From Azolla caroliniana (taxonomy: Eukaryota; Plantae; Polypodiophyta): DNA of 11,794 bases. Positions 10,259-11,794 of this stretch are shown in pieces; positions within the stretch are counted from its first letter, which is position 1; every line of letters begins with the position of its first letter. Position numbers and translations under genes: made by a program. The DNA lies in the NCBI GenBank assembly GCA_043228905.1, contig JBHGNT010001128.1, positions 1 to 11,794 of the forward strand, written 5' to 3'. Under the pieces are notes generated by a model. The model searched no databases. It was not told the origin of the DNA and saw only the letters and a list, made by a program, of their open reading frames with translations.

Positions 10259-10390
10259 CAGTATCGCTCTATTTATATATAATTAGACATATTTGTACAT
10301 TGGGAATATGTACACTTTAGCTTGGAAAAGGTGAAAAATACAATGTGACCACTCAACACTGAGGAAATTAAGAAATCATGTTGTTTTAGG

Positions 10391-10547
10391 TCACGTAGAA
10401 GAAATTGGTATTTGTATCACAAGGCCACCATTTAAGGTTTCAGTTGGATTACCACTCAAAATGAATGAACACGATGCCCAATTCTCAGCTTCAAGCGATA
10501 CACCCATGTAACAAAGATGGTCTGCAACACTATTGCCAGCAACAGAC
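10391..10547 (-). CDS. Class-3 lipase, last coding exon with stop codon
   Basis: Acceptor TGTGTAG|G at 10548/10547 completes the split AG|G Arg codon; SVAGNSVADHLCYMGVSLEAENWASCSFILSGNPTETLNGGLVIQIPISST-TGA. DHLxY carries the predicted catalytic His. Confidence 0.92.
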
Positions 10548-10791
10548 CTACACAACATGAAAAGTTTTGATAAGAGAAGCAAAAAAAAGAACATTAAAAG
10601 GGAGTTAATAAAAGGATTAAAAGATTGATGTAGTGAGAAACTATAAAAATAGTTCTCAACTTTGCAATATTTAAACAAGTAGGGCCTGGCTCTTTTCTGG
10701 CTTTACATGTATAGGTCTGGCAATATTAGTGATGTTAATAAATCAAATGTGTAACCCGTTGTCATGTGGACAAAAAAAGGCACAAAGAAAA

Positions 10792-11010
10792 GGGAAAAAC
10801 TCAGAAATATTACCAAAACTCTTGATCTCCCCAAATTGCCCCTGACCAACCCATCAGAGAGAAAAGGGGGATAAATTGACCACAAAAGTGCTCAAAGGAC
10901 ATATATACTTGCTGGAGAGAGGGTTGAGCAAGGGCATTTCAAGATAAATGAATCTAAGGGGCATTTGAGAAAATAACGAAAGATTTAGGCATACTTCAGA
11001 GTTTCTCCGA
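10792..11010. mobile_element. Mutator-like MITE (about 219 bp) in the last lipase intron
   Basis: Left GGGAAAAACTCAGAAATATTACC versus right reverse complement CGGAGAAACTCTGAAGTATGCC; imperfect symmetry continues inward (CCCAAATTGCCCCT / CTCAAATGCCCCT). Flanks ACAAAGAAAA (10782-10791) and ACAAAGAATA (11011-11020) match 9/10. Confidence 0.72.
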
Positions 11011-11104
11011 ACAAAGAATAAAGAGGCGAAGGGTTAAATGTTTCCCTATTAAAAGAATAGATGCAAACAAAAGGCACAAACTTGATAGGATCTCTAGCTT
11101 TTAC

Positions 11105-11193
11105 CTGCTACAAGTAGGATCTTCCCCAGAGCTATCACAAACACGTTCAGCTTCGTAAATTAAGCTTCCAAGCCGAACTTGATAAATCCATAT
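11105..11193 (-). CDS. Class-3 lipase, penultimate coding exon (89 nt)
   Basis: Hand translation: acceptor CTGCAG| at 11194/11193, IWIYQVRLGSLIYEAERVCDSSGEDPTCS + AG, phase-2 donor |GTAAAA at 11105/11104. CDxxGEDPxCS is typical of this lipase subfamily and the frame joins both neighbouring exons. Confidence 0.92.
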
Positions 11194-11252
11194 CTGCAGA
11201 CCATATGTAATGGTTATTGTCCAAAAAACGAGAAAGCTTAAGAAAGCTAGGC

Positions 11253-11437
11253 TTAGGGTATAAGGTAATAGGATATAGGTTATAAGGTTATAGGTTATAG
11301 GGTATATAGGGTACAGGGTATCCAGTATCCAGTATCAAATACTGGGTAATAGGATATGATGTCTTCTGGTATATGGTATGTGGTATATGATATATGATAC
11401 AAGGGTTAGGGTCTAGGTTACAGGGTCTGGGGTTTAG
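11253..11437 (+). repeat. Degenerate telomere-like (TAGGGTA/TAGGTTA) tandem tract in a lipase intron
   Basis: Many 7-8 nt variants: TTAGGG, TATAGGT, TATAGGG, TACAGGG, GGGTTAGGG, GGGGTTTAG. Confidence 0.75.
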
Positions 11438-11535
11438 TAATGTGTATGGTCTAAAACAAAAATCAAACTATCAAAAAAGCTTCAAAATCTAGGTTTTTAT
11501 AGATTAATGTTTAGTGTTCAGGGTTCAAAACTCAC

Positions 11536-11730
11536 CTCTCTTCCAAAATGATGGTATGTTCTTCGAGGGATGAGCGAGTAGTATGGAGGTAAGTGGGGGA
11601 CCATGTCATGAGCATGTGTTATTCGGTAAGTATTTGGAAGCAAAGCATTAAAATATTCTGCAAAGATGCTATTTCCAATCCGAGGCTGCCCAAAGGTCAC
11701 CATCTGGATATTTTTCATCTCATAATTTAC
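11536..11730 (-). CDS. Class-3 lipase (alpha/beta hydrolase), third-from-last coding exon; upstream exons lie beyond the right edge
   Basis: Acceptor TTTGTAG| at 11731/11730 after a pyrimidine tract; 65 codons VNYEMKNIQMVTFGQPRIGN...RITHAHDMVPHLPPYY...YHHFGRE; donor GAG|GTGAGT at 11536/11535. TFGxPRxGN and HDxVPHLP (catalytic Asp) are Lipase_3 hallmarks. Confidence 0.93.
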
Positions 11731-11794
11731 CTACAAATCATCCAAAGGAAAGAGAAATAAACCTCAGGAAAGACCCACAAACTTATACCACTCT

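Noticed and set aside
10548-10885. N-terminal part of the 95-aa ORF and the 60-aa ORF
   Set aside because: Lipase intron sequence (polypyrimidine tract and MITE), not coding.

Overview
AT-rich eukaryotic (land-plant) nuclear DNA; no prokaryotic system or CRISPR array is supported. Two intron-containing genes, both on the minus strand, flank about 9 kb of intergenic DNA. Left: first coding exon (170-1135) of a plant BTB/POZ protein of the At1g63850/At5g60050 type. Right: last three coding exons of a class-3 lipase (At5g18630/At5g18640-like); I reconstructed the splice junctions by hand, including a middle exon missing from the ORF track. The non-coding DNA holds two Mutator-like MITEs with TIRs and degenerate TSDs (one inside a lipase intron), two degenerate tRNA-like A-box/B-box heads with identical geometry, a fold-back repeat array upstream of the BTB gene, microsatellites, a telomere-like intronic tract, and weaker possible MULE-transposase and Helitron-end relics. 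I found no convincing novel biological system; the best leads are the tRNA-like heads and the fold-back array. Family assignments rest on recalled motifs, not database searches.
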